From a virus: 60,568 nucleotides of DNA. The notes under the pieces are model-generated. The model was not told the origin of the DNA, made no database searches, and worked only from the letters and a program-made list of their open reading frames with translations. Positions 59,701-60,568 of this stretch are shown one piece after another. Every line of letters starts with the position of its first letter. Positions within the stretch are counted from its first letter, which is position 1. The position numbers and the translations under genes were made by a program. The stretch lies in IMG/VR virus record IMGVR_UViG_3300035047_000236. One strand, given 5' to 3'.

Positions 59701-60557
59701 CTTGGACCAGCATTCCTTTGATAATAGCCTCCACAACAGTTACACATTCCCCTATCTGAGTGATTTTCCCATTGTATATAATTAGCTTTCCATTTATATT
59801 TTATCTCAACATCCTGACAATAAGGCTGTTTACACCACCCTATAGGTTTTGTTCTGTATTGGGTAAAATTTCTTCCACTTCTTCCTTGTATAACAACTGA
59901 TGGAACCATTGTAAACTTAAAGTTTCTAATAATAAAATGATGTGTTGAATCTTCATATGTGTTTTCTAATTCTCCTACATCAACATAACTATAATTATAA
60001 TTTTCATTTTCTATAACTTCGTTTGTGTCCCAATCACCAATTTCCGGCACTTCATCATAACTTCTTTTTTCATAATAAGAAAGATTTTTTAAAACAACAG
60101 ATCCTCCACCGTGGCATATACTTTTGAAATTGGACGGATCTTTAGGTCTTATTATTGCTTGATTAGGAGCCAATTTTCCTTCAGATCCATGGTACACTAT
60201 CTCAAACTCAAAACTTTCTTCTCCAACAGACTCTATTGATTCAACCTCCCAAGGTTTAACCACATTATTAATTCTAATATCTAATAAATTAATTAACATG
60301 TATCCATCTGATCCAAGTTGATAAAGTTCTACTTCGTCAGGTCCATCAGCTAATGTGATTATATAAATCTCTTTAGTTATTTTATACAACTTACTTCCTA
60401 CATATAAAGTAGGAGTATCAGGTTGTGTTTGTGTTGGTGAGTATTCTTTTGGAATATATAAATCATTATAAAAATAAGAAACCTTTGGATTAAAATTGTA
60501 AGACATAAATGGAGAAAATTTAAAAGAAATAAGACCATTTTTATTTACTTGTGCCAT
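56730..60557 (-). CDS. Large acidic hypothetical protein (1275 aa), probably structural
   Basis: Long uninterrupted ORF in the structural block; no motif recognised. Confidence 0.7.
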   Translation of the reverse strand: MAQVNKNGLISFKFSPFMSYNFNPKVSYFYNDLYIPKEYSPTQTQPDTPTLYVGSKLYKITKEIYIITLADGPDEVELYQLGSDGYMLINLLDIRINNVVKPWEVESIESVGEESFEFEIVYHGSEGKLAPNQAIIRPKDPSNFKSICHGGGSVVLKNLSYYEKRSYDEVPEIGDWDTNEVIENENYNYSYVDVGELENTYEDSTHHFIIRNFKFTMVPSVVIQGRSGRNFTQYRTKPIGWCKQPYCQDVEIKYKWKANYIQWENHSDRGMCNCCGGYYQRNAGPRVFYQEPPCGDHDIFSVTKKGPMWWPYTMCESYETYNLVNNLDNYSVDAIGLFKEVNQDGEKLHGDHDMRMLGPETKVAYHGDGCNFLIKCTCDWRTYNAYKSGENVFVGWSRIRGFVSDTELTMMEKEGEVLPKFGNFNRPNMLSYRTIDSWQYTYSNDGVGWFVDWMVMPAYASFTKIDFTLNNDDIMWNYGAGQYGTPVVNPLGLYLCSDMDGHSGNEVIDLNNRLRFEQVFNCRLCVDGIRYPSTTGDYVKTRKQGKIYPWYEFKKYPVVFLGDGFDPNDPSSYSIEDNGEGGYDDRLIQWAWQEVWKPLERSYGTSIYDSIKSINEKLEDPFYNVKGPFFKEDGNNVGMLGIINIEHPDYKYDFKNEEHRLVVFEGQHEIKFHAPEKDSETGEYDGYIAISIDSGPKRGINWEGQWLSDSDPDVDEKYNVSLYDNCIGDGSLPLYNANYGVISMWSDRVTLFAEDWSEEPSDDRMIKYYHINNDEEYEVREYFNRGLNVTLNSSKMVGGTLPTEKTITDPEISLGDLDTIYVCGVTEYEYLGYIFLEDGKKSITSVEISFSFGAKFIDEDEKHMEVYHIPQISIFRSPDGIEQGDLLYETNELEFYKQEDDTIDFNTKKVVLDWENSLDYIGDGDNGVVIRFRVTPTNEELEALSENEKASYDKNINFIEPTVVDVFEEVLVNASEFIYTWERRYYVSHAKVENPPQGKEEDSNVFGPRNNHKSTVWQRDTNEGIHGAEGSENPMKMHSKTYSRFVYEITEDKTPVVGSVPQMERKQKELYDKAISEDVYDSMMNHIVPPGMSELLSNAMIYYKPFDNLYLHNSLLNELAEINHFDTMNGEGYLYLPGEPNNDKCTRSYCEGTAPPAWLYNFVAQDPNADTRYSGRGYTSPFIALYTGTATMLQRLHFAEVVRSNVLGPLYGASTENKIWKDPENNSEMLFYALQCVYSSVPIPTPVHWNQQYFAVSMNWHNAYFNTQQYFNITG

Positions 60558-60568
60558 AAAGTCTTTAG

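Noticed and set aside
1-60568. Stop-codon reassignment; tRNA or rRNA genes
   Set aside because: The standard code gives long, abutting ORFs ending in TAA, TAG and TGA; the few intergenic gaps are short and show no cloverleaf or rRNA-like sequence.

Overview
AT-rich segment of a large (jumbo-type) dsDNA bacteriophage. Nearly all genes are on the minus strand and densely packed. In transcription order (right to left): (i) ~30.5-60.6 kb, a block of large putative virion proteins, including a 4307-aa multi-lectin-domain protein, repeat-containing fibre-like proteins and a tandem paralog pair sharing nucleotide-identical blocks; (ii) ~19.9-30.4 kb, replication/recombination genes (beta-clamp, RecA, DnaB, DnaG, SSB, DnaJ, RuvC, RecB-like nuclease, HNH); (iii) ~5.4-19.9 kb, a soluble glycan-building cluster (five glycosyltransferases, oxidoreductase, aminotransferase, two acyltransferases, methyltransferase, sulfotransferase, degenerate KdsC-like protein) with a thymidylate-synthase homolog, plus an HNH gene cleanly split by an IS605-type tnpA/tnpB element whose ends can be mapped to the base; (iv) 1-5.4 kb, DnaX-like clamp loader, family-A DNA polymerase, dUTPase and an intein-containing class II ribonucleotide reductase running off the window. 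Best candidates for undescribed biology: a hybrid replisome (PolA carrying a QxxLF clamp-binding-like motif at the thumb tip, with phage-encoded DnaN and DnaX), and a phage pathway for a decorated, possibly sulfated amino-sugar glycan placed on DNA or virion proteins. All calls come from motif reading by eye; no database searches were run.
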